From: Diplonema japonicum
Taxonomy: Eukaryota > Protista > Euglenozoa: Diplonemea
Length of the DNA stretch: 64,000 nucleotides
Reading direction: 5' to 3'
NCBI GenBank assembly: GCA_964019335.1
Contig: OZ025749.1
Span: 124,001 to 188,000, forward strand
Shown here: piece after piece, positions 44,252 through 56,510 of the stretch
Numbering within the stretch: the first letter of the stretch is position 1
Layout of the letters: every line of letters starts with the position of its first letter
Position numbers and translations under genes: made by a program
Notes under the pieces: generated by a model
Databases searched by the model: none
The model's input: only the letters and a program-made list of their open reading frames with translations
Told to the model about the DNA's origin: nothing

Positions 44252-47200
44252 ATGATCACTCTAAGGGTGGCTGTGGCTGCCTCAGTGATGGGTCTGTGTG
44301 TTGGGTTTGATGCGTACACAATTACCGCAGCTGACAAGGCAACGATTCTTGACGAGCACAACAAGCTGAGAGCCGCGTACGGTGCGTGCCCGATTGAGTG
44401 GGACGACACCCTCGCCACAGCAGCTGCCGCAGACCGCAAACTGGATATGTGCACAACGGGCACACCAGTGAACGGAGAGAACTTCCTCGAGCACCTCTTC
44501 GCCTTCGGCAAGCCCATCACCGTGTTCGACATAGTCGAACAGTGGACCATGAAATCCACCACTTACGACACCCTCACCACACCCCTCACCACAGAGAACA
44601 AGGAAGTCCGTGAGTTCACCCAAATTGTATGGAAGTCCTCCCGCCGTGTTGGCTGCGCCATCTGCAGCCACACACTCGACTTCGGGATTTTCAGTTACAC
44701 CCTGTGCAGGTACGAGGAGGTCGGCAACATCGACAACCAGTTCGCAGCACAAGTTGGGAACAAGGGTGATTCTTGCGACAAATGCGACGGCGTCACATGC
44801 GCTGCCGCCGGAATCTGCACCGAAGCAGGTGTCTGCGACACTGTCACCGGTACCTGCAGCAGCCCTATCAAAGCCGACAACACCGTGTGCACGAACGCTC
44901 AGATGGAAACAGGGAAGTGTGTCAATGGAGCCTGTGTGATCCCTGATCCTTGCGATGGTGTTGTGTGCACCCCGCTGTCGCAGTGTCACCTGAAGGGAAC
45001 ATGCGCAAATGGTGTATGCTCCAACCCTGTCTGGACGCCGACCCAGACGGTCGACCCTGGCAACCCTGGAACCTGCGACGACGGGAACGCCTTCACCGTC
45101 AACGACAAGTGCAACAACGGCAACTGTGTGGGCGAGAACCTCTGCGCCACCGTGACGTGCAACACGGTGGACACCGCGTGCAAGATGCACGAGACGTGCG
45201 ACCATCTCACTGGGATGTGCGTTGAGGGCAGCAATACCGCCGACGGCACACCCTGCGACGACGCGAACGCTGCCACCGTTGAGGACAAGTGCGCGGCAGG
45301 TATCTGCGTCGGTGTCGACAAGTGCATGGGCAAGGCCTGCACTACGAACAACGAGTGCAAAAACGCACAAGGCTCCTGCGACATCAACACGGGCAACTGT
45401 GTCTTCACCAACAAGCCCAACGACGTCCCCTGTGACGATGGCAACGCCATCACCTCCTCGGATAAGTGCACCGATGGTACCTGCGGCGGTGTGGACTTGT
45501 GCGCTTCCACATCGTGCGTCCCGAGCGACGAGTGCCATACAGCCCACTGCAACCCTCAGACTGGGAAGTGCTTCGAGCTCGAGAAGACCAACGGTGGTGA
45601 TGGGTCTGCCGTGAAGTGCATCACGTGCACCAATGTGGTGTGCACCGACCTTGGCGAATGTAAGAAGACGAGTGTGTGCGACCCCAGCACAGGCATCTGC
45701 ACTAACGAGAACATGCCTGACAACACGCCTTGCGACGACGGCAACATGGACACCGTTGAGGACACCTGCACTGCAGGTGTGTGCACGGGTGTCAACAAGT
45801 GTGCCAACGCGACGTGCGTTGCGATGGACGACTGCCACGACGTCGGCGTCTGCGACAAGAACACCGGCGTGTGCTCCAACCCTGCCCTCGCCAATGGCGC
45901 GGTGTGCGACTTCACCGGCATGCCTGGGACCTGCACGCAGGGTGTGTGCGGTCTCGACTGCTCGTCTTACATGTGCTCGGCGCCCTCCGCCCAGTGCATG
46001 GAGGCCGTGTGCGACATGACAGGATGCAAGGAGAAGAAGGTCACCGGCAAGGCCTGCGACGACAACAACCCCAGCACTATCAACGACGTGTGCGATGACG
46101 GTGTCTGCACGGGCACTGACATGTGCGCTAGCGTCACTTGCACTGCATCGAACACTTGTCACACCTCTGCGTGCAACCCCGCCACTGGCAAGTGCGTCAA
46201 GACGCCTGTCAACAGCGGCAATGCCTGCGACGACGGAAACAGAATCACCGTGAACGACAAGTGCACTACAGACGGCAAGTGTGTTGGTGAGGAACTCTGT
46301 GCCAACGTCACTTGCACGCAGATGGACGACTGCCACAAGGTCGGCGTGTGCGACCACCTTACAGGACAATGCAGCAACCCCACCAAGGCCGATGGCGCAC
46401 AGTGCGATGACAACAACGCAGACACGATTAATGACAAGTGCACCGCCGGTACCTGCACTGGCGAGTCCCGCTGCAAGAACGTTGTCTGCAAGGCCATCTC
46501 CCAGTGCCACGCAGTTGGTACATGCAATGAGACCACCGGTCTGTGCTCGGAGCCAACCAAGACCGATGGCGCAACTTGCGACGACGGGGACACCCGAACC
46601 GACCCCGACACCTGCACCAACGGTGTGTGCACAGGTCAGGACCGCTGCCTTAATGTCGTATGCCAGGGCAACGACCCCTGCAATGTGGCGTCCTGTTCCA
46701 TGGGCACTTGTGTCGTCACCCCCAGGGCTGACGGGGTTGCGTGTGACAACGCCGGAAGCATGTGCGACGCTGGTGATTGCATCAACAAGTGCGCAAACGT
46801 GTCGTGCGTGGCTCCCAGCCAGTGCCACGAGAACGGCGTCTGCGACCCCATGACCGGCACCTGCAGCACGGTGCCCAAGGCCCAGGGAACTGACTGCAAC
46901 GACGGGAACATCGCCACAGACCCAGACACCTGCGACGGTGCTGGTAAGTGCACCGGGCCGAACATCTGCGACAACGTGGTGTGCCTCCCTGCTGGGCAGT
47001 GCTACGAGAACGGTGTCTGCGACCCCACACGCGTTAACCACGAGAACGGCACGTGCACCACCCCGTGGAAGGCGGACGGCATCCCTTGCAACGACAACGA
47101 CGACGACACCTTCCAGGACGTTTGCAAGAGCGGTGAGTGTGTTGGTGTCACTTGCAACATCCAGGTCTTGTGGCTTTTCGGTACTGCTACTTGCACCTTT

Positions 47201-50200
47201 GGACAGGCCGCAGGCGGTGCGGGCAACGGTGGCTATGGCTGGACGCCTCAAGGTCAGATATACACTGACAGCGGGTGCAGAGGTAGGTTCCTGGTCGAGG
47301 CCACCGGCGAGGAGGTCACCTGTGACAACATGTCTGGAGACTACCAAGAGTGCAAGCTGAAGACCAGAATGCCCTACGCCAACTGTCTGCCTTCTGTACC
47401 GGTGTGCCAGACCTGCCAGCCCAAGGATCAATGCTACGATGCTGGTGTCTGCGACCCTGCCACAGGCATTTGCAGCAACCCCCCTGTGATGGACGGAACT
47501 ACGTGCGACGACGGCAATGCCACCACCACCGACGACAAGTGCCAGAATGGCGTCTGCGTGGGCATTGTTGACCCGCCTGGCTGTTTCAAGGCCAGCAAGT
47601 GGTGGCCATCAAGGGAGTGCAAGCATGACCCCAGCGCATGCAACTGGGGGTGCAACGTGTGGGGCACCATGGAGGAGTGCTGCCGCCCTGGGAATGGCCA
47701 CAAGGACGGATGCGCCCCCGAGCCTCCCACGCCTACCGAGTGCTGGAGAGCTGGTAAGTGGTGGCCTACTAGGGAGTGTGTGAAGGACATGTCGGCCTGC
47801 AAATGGGGCCTCGGCACCAACGTGTGGGGTTCCAAGGATGAGTGCTGCAAGGCTGGCAACGGCTTCGACTGCGGCTGCAGCAAGCCTATCGTGGAGCAGG
47901 AGTGTTGGGTTGACAGCAAGGGCACCCCTGAGAGGTCGTGCCTGAAGCAGGTCATTAAGAACGGACAAACCTGTGAGGAGGCACAGCTGTTCAAGACGGA
48001 ACAGGAGTGCTGCAAGGGGTCGTACCCTTTCACTGGCTGCGCCATGCCTTGCAAGACTCTCGACGTGGTGCTCGTGGTCGACGGGTCGGGTTCGATGGCC
48101 GGCACGTTCACAAACCACCCGCACGGGTTTTACGCGCTTATCAGCATGCTTGAGGACTGGGTCAGTGACCTGCCCCTCACAAGCGAGAAGGCAGGACAGA
48201 TCCTTCCCGCTGCCACTGCCAACGGTGGTGTCCGTGTGGGTATCGTGCAGTTCTCTTCAAAGAGGACCTACTACGGCGGCCAGACGAGCCATGCCATCAT
48301 GACACCTAGGTCGTACTCGAAGACGACCGGTGGGAGGCTGTCAGGTGACAAACAGCAGCTCCTGACTGACATCCAGTGGCACGAGTCGAGATTCATCAAG
48401 TACGGGACGATGATCGAGAGAGGGCTGCTGATGGCCGCTGACATGTTCGAGTCCATCGACAGGCCTAGGGCCATCGTCATCATCTCTGACGGCAAGATCT
48501 TCGATGCGGACAGGCTCAGCTCCGTGCGCAGGAAGCTCGACCAGAAGGACATCGTCGTGTTTGGTGTCGTGGTCCGCAAGAGCTACCGCCACACGTCCAC
48601 AGACAAGGACGCGGAAAAAACCCTCATGCCCATTCTCTCAAAGCCCGAGAGAGACCACTTCTTCAACCTTGAGATCGACGACATTCCCGAGAAGGTGCTC
48701 CATGGTGTGTGCGACCCCAACTCTCAGTGGGGTGCTTACATCCAGTCCCCCAAGGGCGTTCCTAGTGGTGTTGTGTCCACTCCCGGTGTCTTCAACCCCG
48801 TGCAGCCTTCCGCTACCGGTCAGGCCAGCATCTGGTTCAGAGACCAGAGTGTTGCCCCCTTCGACGACCTTGATTGCGACTACTTGCACAGTGCCAGTGT
48901 CTGCGATGGCAAACCTGCCTGCGAGTCGACCATCTACGGGTCCAGCATTACCATCGACGGCGGGTACGACATGAACAAGGACACCCTCAGCTGCCCCGAC
49001 TGCAAGAACGTCCGCGTTGAGTGGAGGAAGTCCACCGGTGTCCTTGTCCTGAAGGGCGCTGCCACCGTTCGTGAGTACACCAAGATGCTCTCTAAAGTGC
49101 AGTTCACGTCCACTGCGGACTGCTCCGACCGAATCTTCACCTACTCCTACGGTGTGGGCTTCTCGACTTCGACGGCGCTTGGCCACACGTACCAGTACTT
49201 CGCGCACAAGAACATTCGTTGGGACGACGCCCAGAAGCGCTGCGAGGGCAAGCTTGACCTCGGCAGGAAGGGCTACCTCATCACCGTCAGCAGCGAGGCC
49301 GAGTCGGATATCGCAAAGTCGAAGCTCGGAGGAATGGGTTGGATGGGCGCCTCCGACGCTGGCACCGAAGGCACGTGGAGGTGGGTGGCTGGCCCGGAGG
49401 GCTGCGCCCCTGATGCCGCTTGCGACCTCGGTGTGGGCAACTGGGTCAACAACGGCGGTAAGGCTACCGGCCCCCAAAAGAACAGCGGTACCAAGTTTTA
49501 CGACCAGAAAACCCGCAAGTCTACAGGATACACCAACTGGGCCAGCGGCGAACCCAACGAATGGAGGAAGTCGTGCCCGGGTGCGTGCAAAAAGGCTGGC
49601 GAGGACTTCGCTCACTTCCTGTGGCCCAGCGGGAAGTGGAACGACTACCCCATCGACCACGAGATCGACGGGTACATCTGCGAGTGGGGCGAGACGCCTG
49701 ACAACTCCTGCCTGCCCAACCACGTTGGGTCTCGCAACTTCACCTGCGGCACCAACCCTACTAACCCGCCGTCGCCTTGCAACTCGAGGCCTTCCAAGCC
49801 ACCTAGCAAGAGCGGATGTACATCGGGATGGGTTTCCGTGGAGTCGGGGATCGACAGGGCGTGGTGCAACACCAACTGCATGGTCAACGGGAAGCTCGTG
49901 AAGGACTGCAAGCCTGGTGCGTCGGAGAAGTGCAAGTGCCTCCCCGAGCAGGTGAAGCAGTGCAGGTGCGACAACACCAACATGATGAGCGGTTCCTACT
50001 GTGCCGACCTTACACCCCTTGCCAGCGGTCTGCACACCTGCTACACCACCTACCAGGAGATCCCCGGGAAGTGGGACGAGTCAGACACCTCGTACCAAGG
50101 CATGCCCCCTACCACCGCAGGTGATGGCGATGACGCGTTCATGTGCTACAAGTACGACCAGCAAGCAAAGAAATGGAGTGACATTGGTGTGGGGCAGTGC

Positions 50201-52199
50201 TGGGACGCCAACTGGCAGTACTTCTCGAGGTTCGTGAAGAACGACCTTTCCGTTGCCGAGTGCAAGACGCTGTGCGAGGGGAAGACAGGGTGCCACTCCG
50301 TTCACTGGGAGGTGGGGACCCAGGGCAAGGGCAAGTGCTACCTCAACGCCAACCCTGTAGGCGGGTGCGGTGCTGGTCAGAGGCCCTGCAGCACACCGAA
50401 AACAAAGCCCAGCGGATGCCAAGTGTGCGGGTGCACAAAGTTCCTTTCCGGTGCCAACAGGAAGGACGCCGTCACATGCGCGGCAAAGGTGATGAAGAAC
50501 AACGGGAAGGAAGACATCGTGTGCAGGCCCCCTTCCGCCGATGGCACCTGCACCTCAGGAGACATCTGCAGCCGCAACCCTCTTGTGACCATCCAGGTGT
50601 CCGCGACCCTGAAGGCCGACCCCGCCATGATCAAGAAGCTCCTCGCACAGGGCTCAGGCATGTCGACCTCAAGCATCATCATGTCGCACCTATGCCCAGT
50701 GTCCACGTGCACGCAGAGGTATGTTCATTCAAAAAAATAGCTATTTACTGCCAACAAGTAATGACTTTACCGTTACCTCGAGGTCGGTAAAGCATTACTT
50801 GGCGGTAGGTAAGTGGTTTTATTTCACGACACTCTGAAATTACTTCACCACGAGGGGCACAACAGGGTGACAAGGGGTACAACAAGAGAGGGGTTACAAA
50901 GGTTACAATACAAGTTGTTTTTCCTCCTTTTGTTGACTAAGAGCTGCCGCTGTCGCTGGCATTGCCACTGTCACCATCTCTAATCAGGCCTTCTCATACC
51001 TGGCGCGGCCGCTGGCTCCTTTTTTTCTGCTGCTTCGGTATTTTGAAGTCATTTGGGGAGCTTGGGTAAGCTGACTAAGTTACCCTTACCCACAGAAGAG
51101 TTACCCCCAGAAACTGGGAACAAGGCCTAGCCAAAAGTGGGCAAATTGGGAGGAAAAAGTAGCCGAGGCAAAAGTTGGCCAATTGAGCTGAACCTGGGGG
51201 GAAATTAGCAAACTGAGAGGAAAAAGTAGCCCCACTGGGAACCGAACCGAGGCAAAAATTGGCCTACCGAGGCATATTATTTAACGGAAACCCCCTATTA
51301 CTTCACGGAAAACAGGCCATTATTTCACCGTGAAGTAATGAGATTTAGCGTGAAGTAATGGGCCCCCCAGTGCGTGAAGTAATTTCTGAAGAGTGAAATA
51401 AAAAAAAAAAAAAAAAAAAAACAGCTGCTCGGGCAGCACCTGCACGACGCAGTGCGGAGGCGGCACCATGGCACAGGTTCAGCAGAGCGGATGCTACACA
51501 CTTGTCAATGTATGTCGGGGAAAAAAAAAAAAACAGACCTTTTCATGATAACCCCTCCTTCTTACAGGGCCAGTGGGTGGTTAAGAGCTCGAGGCACGCG
51601 TCCGCTCTTGCAGACGACGACCTAGTGGTAGTGTTCGACATTGAGGCAACGGACGAAGAAAGGGCACAGGGCGTGGCTAAGATTAAGTATGATCCTTTTT
51701 TTTTAAATACAACCCACTTCACAGTGAGAATGTGGAAAAGTCCAAGCAGGATCCGAACTTGTTCCCCAAGGACGAGCAGGAAGTCCTCAAGGCGCTCAAG
51801 GACAGTGGTGCCGCATCAGCCGGGATGGCGGTCCCGGTGTGGTCGCCAAATGTTGATGAAAGCGGGGAAAAGACCCCTGAGGACAACGGGAATGACGATA
51901 AAAACCTCTTGTGGGTGATCCTCCTCGCTGCCGCTGGTGGTATTTGTGTAGCTGGGATGGCGGGTTTTGCCATCTACAACAAGAAGACCAAGGTGAGCTG
52001 GTCGGACGTTGCTGACAAGCGCACAACAGAGGTCACCGATGCCTCTGCCCCCGCCGGTTTGAAAGTTTACAATGAAATGCCTGAAGTACTTGAGGAAATG
52101 CAGCCCGCCAACGTCCCTGCCGCGCACGGCAGCACAAGCATGATTGAGTCCAGGCTCTCCGGTGGATCGCTAGAAGACCCCAACGCTGCACTTTTGTGA
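44252..52199 (+). CDS. Giant mosaic type-I surface protein: CAP/SCP, Cys-rich Dictyostelium-type repeats, DUF3011-like, WWP/ECC repeats, VWA, C-type lectin, PAN-like, TM; three introns
   Basis: Signal MITLRVAVAASVMGLCVG; ILDEHNKLRA...FTQIVWKSSRRVGCA (CAP); CDDGNxxTxxDxCxxGxC repeats; LDVVLVVDGSGSM (VWA MIDAS); GWMGASD...YTNWASGEPN...GKWND (C-type lectin). Introns 50719-51424, 51510-51567 and 51687-51724 link in frame to the exon with TM LLWVILLAAAGGICVAGMAGFAIY and the stop at 52199. Confidence 0.85.
50731..51403 (-). mobile_element. Non-autonomous Helitron2/Helentron-like element B, inside intron 50719-51424
   Basis: Same termini as element A (AAAATAgCTATTTAcTGCCAACAA...TTGGCGGtAgGTAAGTgGTTTTATTTCAC and GAAGAGTGAAATAAAA). 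Hairpin 50731-50820 centred on ACCTCGAGGT; imperfect ~30-bp inverted repeat 50817-50848 and 51374-51403; GTGAAGTAATG array 51275-51384. Confidence 0.7.
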
Positions 52200-54020
52200 T
52201 TAACCTTAGTTGGTTTTATATTCTCTTTTATTTACTTCCAGGACTATTGGTATGCCCTGCGAGAAACACAAGAAGGAAAAAGAATTTTTTTTTTAAAAAA
52301 AAAAAAAATAAAATAAAAAGAGTGTAATGTTCAATTTTATTTTTTTTGGGGGGCGGAGAGAAGGGTGTGGAGGGGATTATTATTTTTTTTGACACACAAC
52401 CCCCCCCCCCCCCCCCCCTCCTCTCCTCTAATTTTTATTTAAAAAAAATTTTTTTTATTATCGAGAAGAAAAAAAAAGGGGGAAAAAAGAACCCTTCCTA
52501 GTGAAACTCTCTATGTGTGAACAATTTTATGTGCAATATTGTTGTTTTTTTTTCTTCCTCTTTTTTGAGACGAATAGAAAGACGGGGGGGGGGAGAAAAA
52601 GAGTTGTGAAGGAAGAATATCAAAGAAACATAGGGGGGGGGGGGGGGGGGGGAGATGCAGGAGATGCAGGCATCGATCTCCCTTTTTTATTCCCCACCCC
52701 TTTTGACCCAATGTTGGGGGGGCATCAGCGCGTTAACCGCGATGGGGGAAACTGAAGAAAAAAAAAAAGAAAAAAAAAGAAAAACAGGGATGTTTAAATT
52801 TTTTTATCTCCCTCCGGGTTGTTTGTTTGTTTGTTTTTTTTTTTTTTTTTCTCATAGTAGTTGATTGTTTTGGTTTCGTCACTTTTTTTTTCTTCCCCAC
52901 TCTCCATTTCCCTTTCCTCCCCTCTCTTCCCTGTTCTTCATTTCTTTTTTTGGGAGGGGACCAGAAGTCTCATATGCGGCACCTCCCCTTGAGAGGGTCA
53001 AAAAAAAAAGGCCAGAGAAGAAGTTCGACAAAATCCTCTTTTTTTTTTCTTTAACACTAGGAAGTGAAGGTTTTTTTTTTTTTTTTTTTTTTTTCCAGAG
53101 AAAAAAAAAAAAAAAACAAAAAAAGGGTTGGGAAGAACACAACACTTAGTTCTATTTTTTTTTTTTTCTTTTTTTCTTTTTCTTCTACTTCCCCTCACTC
53201 ACCCCTTCCTCATTGGCGTTACCCCCTTCTTTTAGTTAAGACATTAGAACGGCCGCTTTTTATTTTTATTTTTTTTTATTATTTTTCTTTTTTTTTTCCC
53301 GCTCTTTTTTTTTGAAAAAAGTGGGAGGGGGAAAAAAAAAGAAGAAGAAGAAGAAGAAAAAAATAATGGGCAAGAAAAGAGAAGAAATTCTCAGTTAACT
53401 CCGAGAAGAATTTTTTTTTTTTTGTGATACCAATTTTATTTGTAAGTAATAAACTATTTGTTTGAGCACGCAAAAAAAGAGAAAATCTTTTTTTTTTCTT
53501 TTTTGCGGGTCTTAAAAAAAAGAGTGCTAGAGCGCACATTAAAAAAAAAAGAAAAAAAAAAAAAAAAAAAAAAAGAGAAGAAGAAGAAAAAAAAACCCCA
53601 GAATAGTTTGGAACTTTTTTACCGACTCGTTGATTCAGATTTCATTACTTTTCTTTTTTTTTAAAAACCTGTTGTGAACACAAAAAAAAAAGGGGGAAAC
53701 AACAAAAAAAAAAAGAAAAAAAAAAAAAAAAAAAAAAACATCCTTTTATTTCTTTCGCCCCCTTTCCCCATCTCTCCCTCTCCCTCCCATTCACCTTTTT
53801 TATTTCTTTCCCCCCCCCTCATTTTCACGTTTTTTTTTAAACCTCTAAGCCTCTAACCTGAGCTGTTTGGTAAGGGAGAGGCCTATCGGTGAGTTTCTGG
53901 GACTTGTCGGTGTTTTCGGGCTCCTGATGCTCCCTTCAGGTGGAGTCGAGTATTCATCGTTGTCACCTTCTTCCCGGATTTTTACCGAAAAAAAAAAAGG
54001 GGGCAGGGGGAGGCACAAAC

Positions 54021-54051
<31 letters not shown>

Positions 54052-54052
<1 letters not shown>

Positions 54053-55419
54053 TGCCCACCTTCCGCCGCCTTACCCCCGTTACAGTCGAGTACACAACCG
54101 GTTTAAATAGAATTCTGATCGACGTCGATAAAAAACTGAGCTACGGATTCTGGGGGGACGTGGATGTCGTTTTGATATCGAACACGGAAGGGGTGAGGGG
54201 TGCCCCACGTGGAACGGAGGCGGAGGGGTACCAAGGGAGAATAATCATGTCCCCATCTGTCAGGGACATGTCAAGCATGCTCCTCCAGGACGAAGGCTAC
54301 CGCCCCTGCGAAATCCAACGGTTCATGGAGAGAATCGAAGTCACCTACGGCGGCCCCATAGAAATCGACGACGCAACAATCCACCCAAAACCCATCGAAT
54401 CAGCTTACGGCGAACTAGCATGGGAAATAGAACACACACCAACAGGCCATCGCACCCTCATCACCACATCCGGAGCACCATTAGTGACCAGCCCTGTTGA
54501 CACTTTTGTGTGCATTCCTCCTATTATGTCAGCTGTACAAGTACCATCATTGCTTGATGAGGTTTCTCTGACCGTTATCGAAGAACGGCATGTTTTTATC
54601 CCGTTCTACCTCTCGCATCTCTCCTTCTCGGTTGTGAAGTATGCTAGCGAGCTGGCTGCCGCACGGCATCGTGCAACTTGTTACCTTGTTACCAAACATA
54701 AACAAGCGTTTTCAGAGTTGTATAGTCGGGTGTATGAGGCTATGCCTGCTCGTGATGCGGATGCATTGAGGCTTCCAGATAAGCCTGGCATGGTGAAACA
54801 ATGTGTGTTTGTTCACCCGGACGGGTTGGACCTGCACCTTCGATCTGTAAGAGCGTGTGTTTTTATGTTTTTGGACCCCGACGGGCTGCAGCGTGCGGGG
54901 GTGCTGGAAAAGACACAACAGCAAACAAAGGGCTGCCCCGCGACGCTTTTCTACAACATCGAAGAAACAAAAATCGACGCCGTGAAGGACTTCGCCAACT
55001 CCAACGGGAACTACGCCGTTAAAGTTCTCGGTGTGTCGTACCCGTTCCCATCTCTCAGAAGCGTGGTGCCGCACGGGAGGTATGCACCGCAAGCCGTAGC
55101 GCTCGTGGAAGGGCACAGTGTGGAAGTTGCGGTGAAACGCAAAAAACGACCTTTTTCAGCTGTTCTTCAAACGGATCAAGGTATAGGCGGTGTGCCATCC
55201 CCGGAGTACTCAGCTGGTGCGCCCTCATGGGACCTCGGGCCGTCCACTATGCAGGTGAATGGTGCTTCTCTTAGAATTGTCCGGACGGCCCCCAATGCTA
55301 CCCCGCTCAAGATGCATCACGCGCGAGTGGGAAGCGACGGGACCGTGTTGTTCAACGACAAGGCGACCTGTGTTGATATCGAGGCGGTGAAAACGAAGCT
55401 CGACTCCTTGGCCCCGTAG
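54052..55419 (+). CDS. Divergent inactive metallo-beta-lactamase/beta-CASP protein, Integrator subunit 9 (INTS9)-like
   Basis: DVDVVLISN, GYQGRIIMSPSVRDMSSMLLQD, YRPCEIQRFMERIEVTYG, PIESAYGELAWEI, VFIPFY and CVFVHP follow the order of the INTS9 motifs as recalled; no HxHxDH. Confidence 0.55.
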
Positions 55420-55577
55420 GCAAATGGGGTGGGGGGGGGGAAAGAAAAAAGAAAAAAAATCAAGCATGGATTTTTTTTTTTTTTTTTTTTTTTCCCCCTC
55501 TTGCAGCCGGTCACTAAAAAAAAAAAAAAAAAAGACATATAGAAGCACAAAAAAAAAAAAAAAAAAAAAAAAAAACT

Positions 55578-56274
55578 ATGGGGAACGTTGGAGCAAGGTT
55601 GGATAAGGTATACCCCCCACCACCACCACCCCTCCCCAACAATAACTTTTTAAAAAAAAAAAAAAAAAAAAAGACGAGATTGACAGAGTTGGAACGGAGG
55701 ACGAAAAAAAAATTCAGTCGGGACGAGCTAGAGGAATGGTGTGGCGGGAAAACCAAAGGAAAAAAAAAAGAAAAAAAAAAAAAAAAGGTACACCGTATTT
55801 CATGAGAACTACCCATCCGACCAATATCCAGACGGGATGCCGAAGTCAACCTTTGTGGACGAGAATCTTGAGGCGCACGGAGGGGACCAGGCTCTGTGGG
55901 ACTATTTGTTCAAAAGGATCAGCGATAACAAGGACAGCATTTCCTTTGATGATTTTATAGACCACATGGCCATCGGGACAAGAGGCACCTCAGAAGAAAA
56001 ACTGCAGTGGACCTTCAGATTTTACGACAGAGACGGGAACGGCTATATAGACCGCCACGAAATGCTCACAACCTTTCAGTCAATTTTCAAAATGGTGGAG
56101 GCAGTCGAGCTGGCGCAACAGATGCCCACTGATCAAAATACACCAGAGAAACGGGTGAAGTGCATCTTCGACAAAATGGACCTTGATCAGGATCGAAAAT
56201 TGTCTATGGAAGAGTTCGTGGAGGGCTGTAAAGCCGACAACACGATAATGGAGGTCATGTCTCTACTGAGATAA
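55578..56274 (+). CDS. NCS1: Neuronal calcium sensor/frequenin-family EF-hand protein with N-terminal MG; two introns
   Basis: MGNVGARL; FSRDELEEW|YTVF; TRGTSEEKLQWTFRFYDRDGNGYIDRHEM; NTPEKRVKCIFDKMDLDQDRKLSMEEFVEGCKAD. Introns 55608-55673 and 55739-55787. Confidence 0.9.
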
Positions 56275-56510
56275 AAAAAAAATAAAATAAAATAAAAAAA
56301 CTGCATTTTTGACAAAATGAGGGGGGGGGGGGGGTGATAAAAGTTTCACTGTCTGTTTCTTCTTCTTTTTTTTTCCACCCCCCCCTTTCCCCCCATTCTC
56401 ACTCCCTTTCTGTGCATTTTTTAAAAAAAAAAAAGAATTTTTTTTTTTTGGTACGCCCCCACTTTTGAAAAAAGAAAAAAGAAAAAAGAGGGGGGAAAAG
56501 AATAAGAAGC

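Noticed and set aside
44282-47431. 1049-aa minus-strand ORF, plus other long antisense ORFs such as 48638-50035 and 23143-24264
   Set aside because: Shadow frames of GC3-rich, repetitive plus-strand genes; no recognisable motifs and opposite to the polycistronic direction.
51510-51536. 27-nt intron ending at the first CAG after the A-run
   Set aside because: Leads to an immediate in-frame stop (ACC TTT TCA TGA); the acceptor at 51567 continues the frame to the TM exon.
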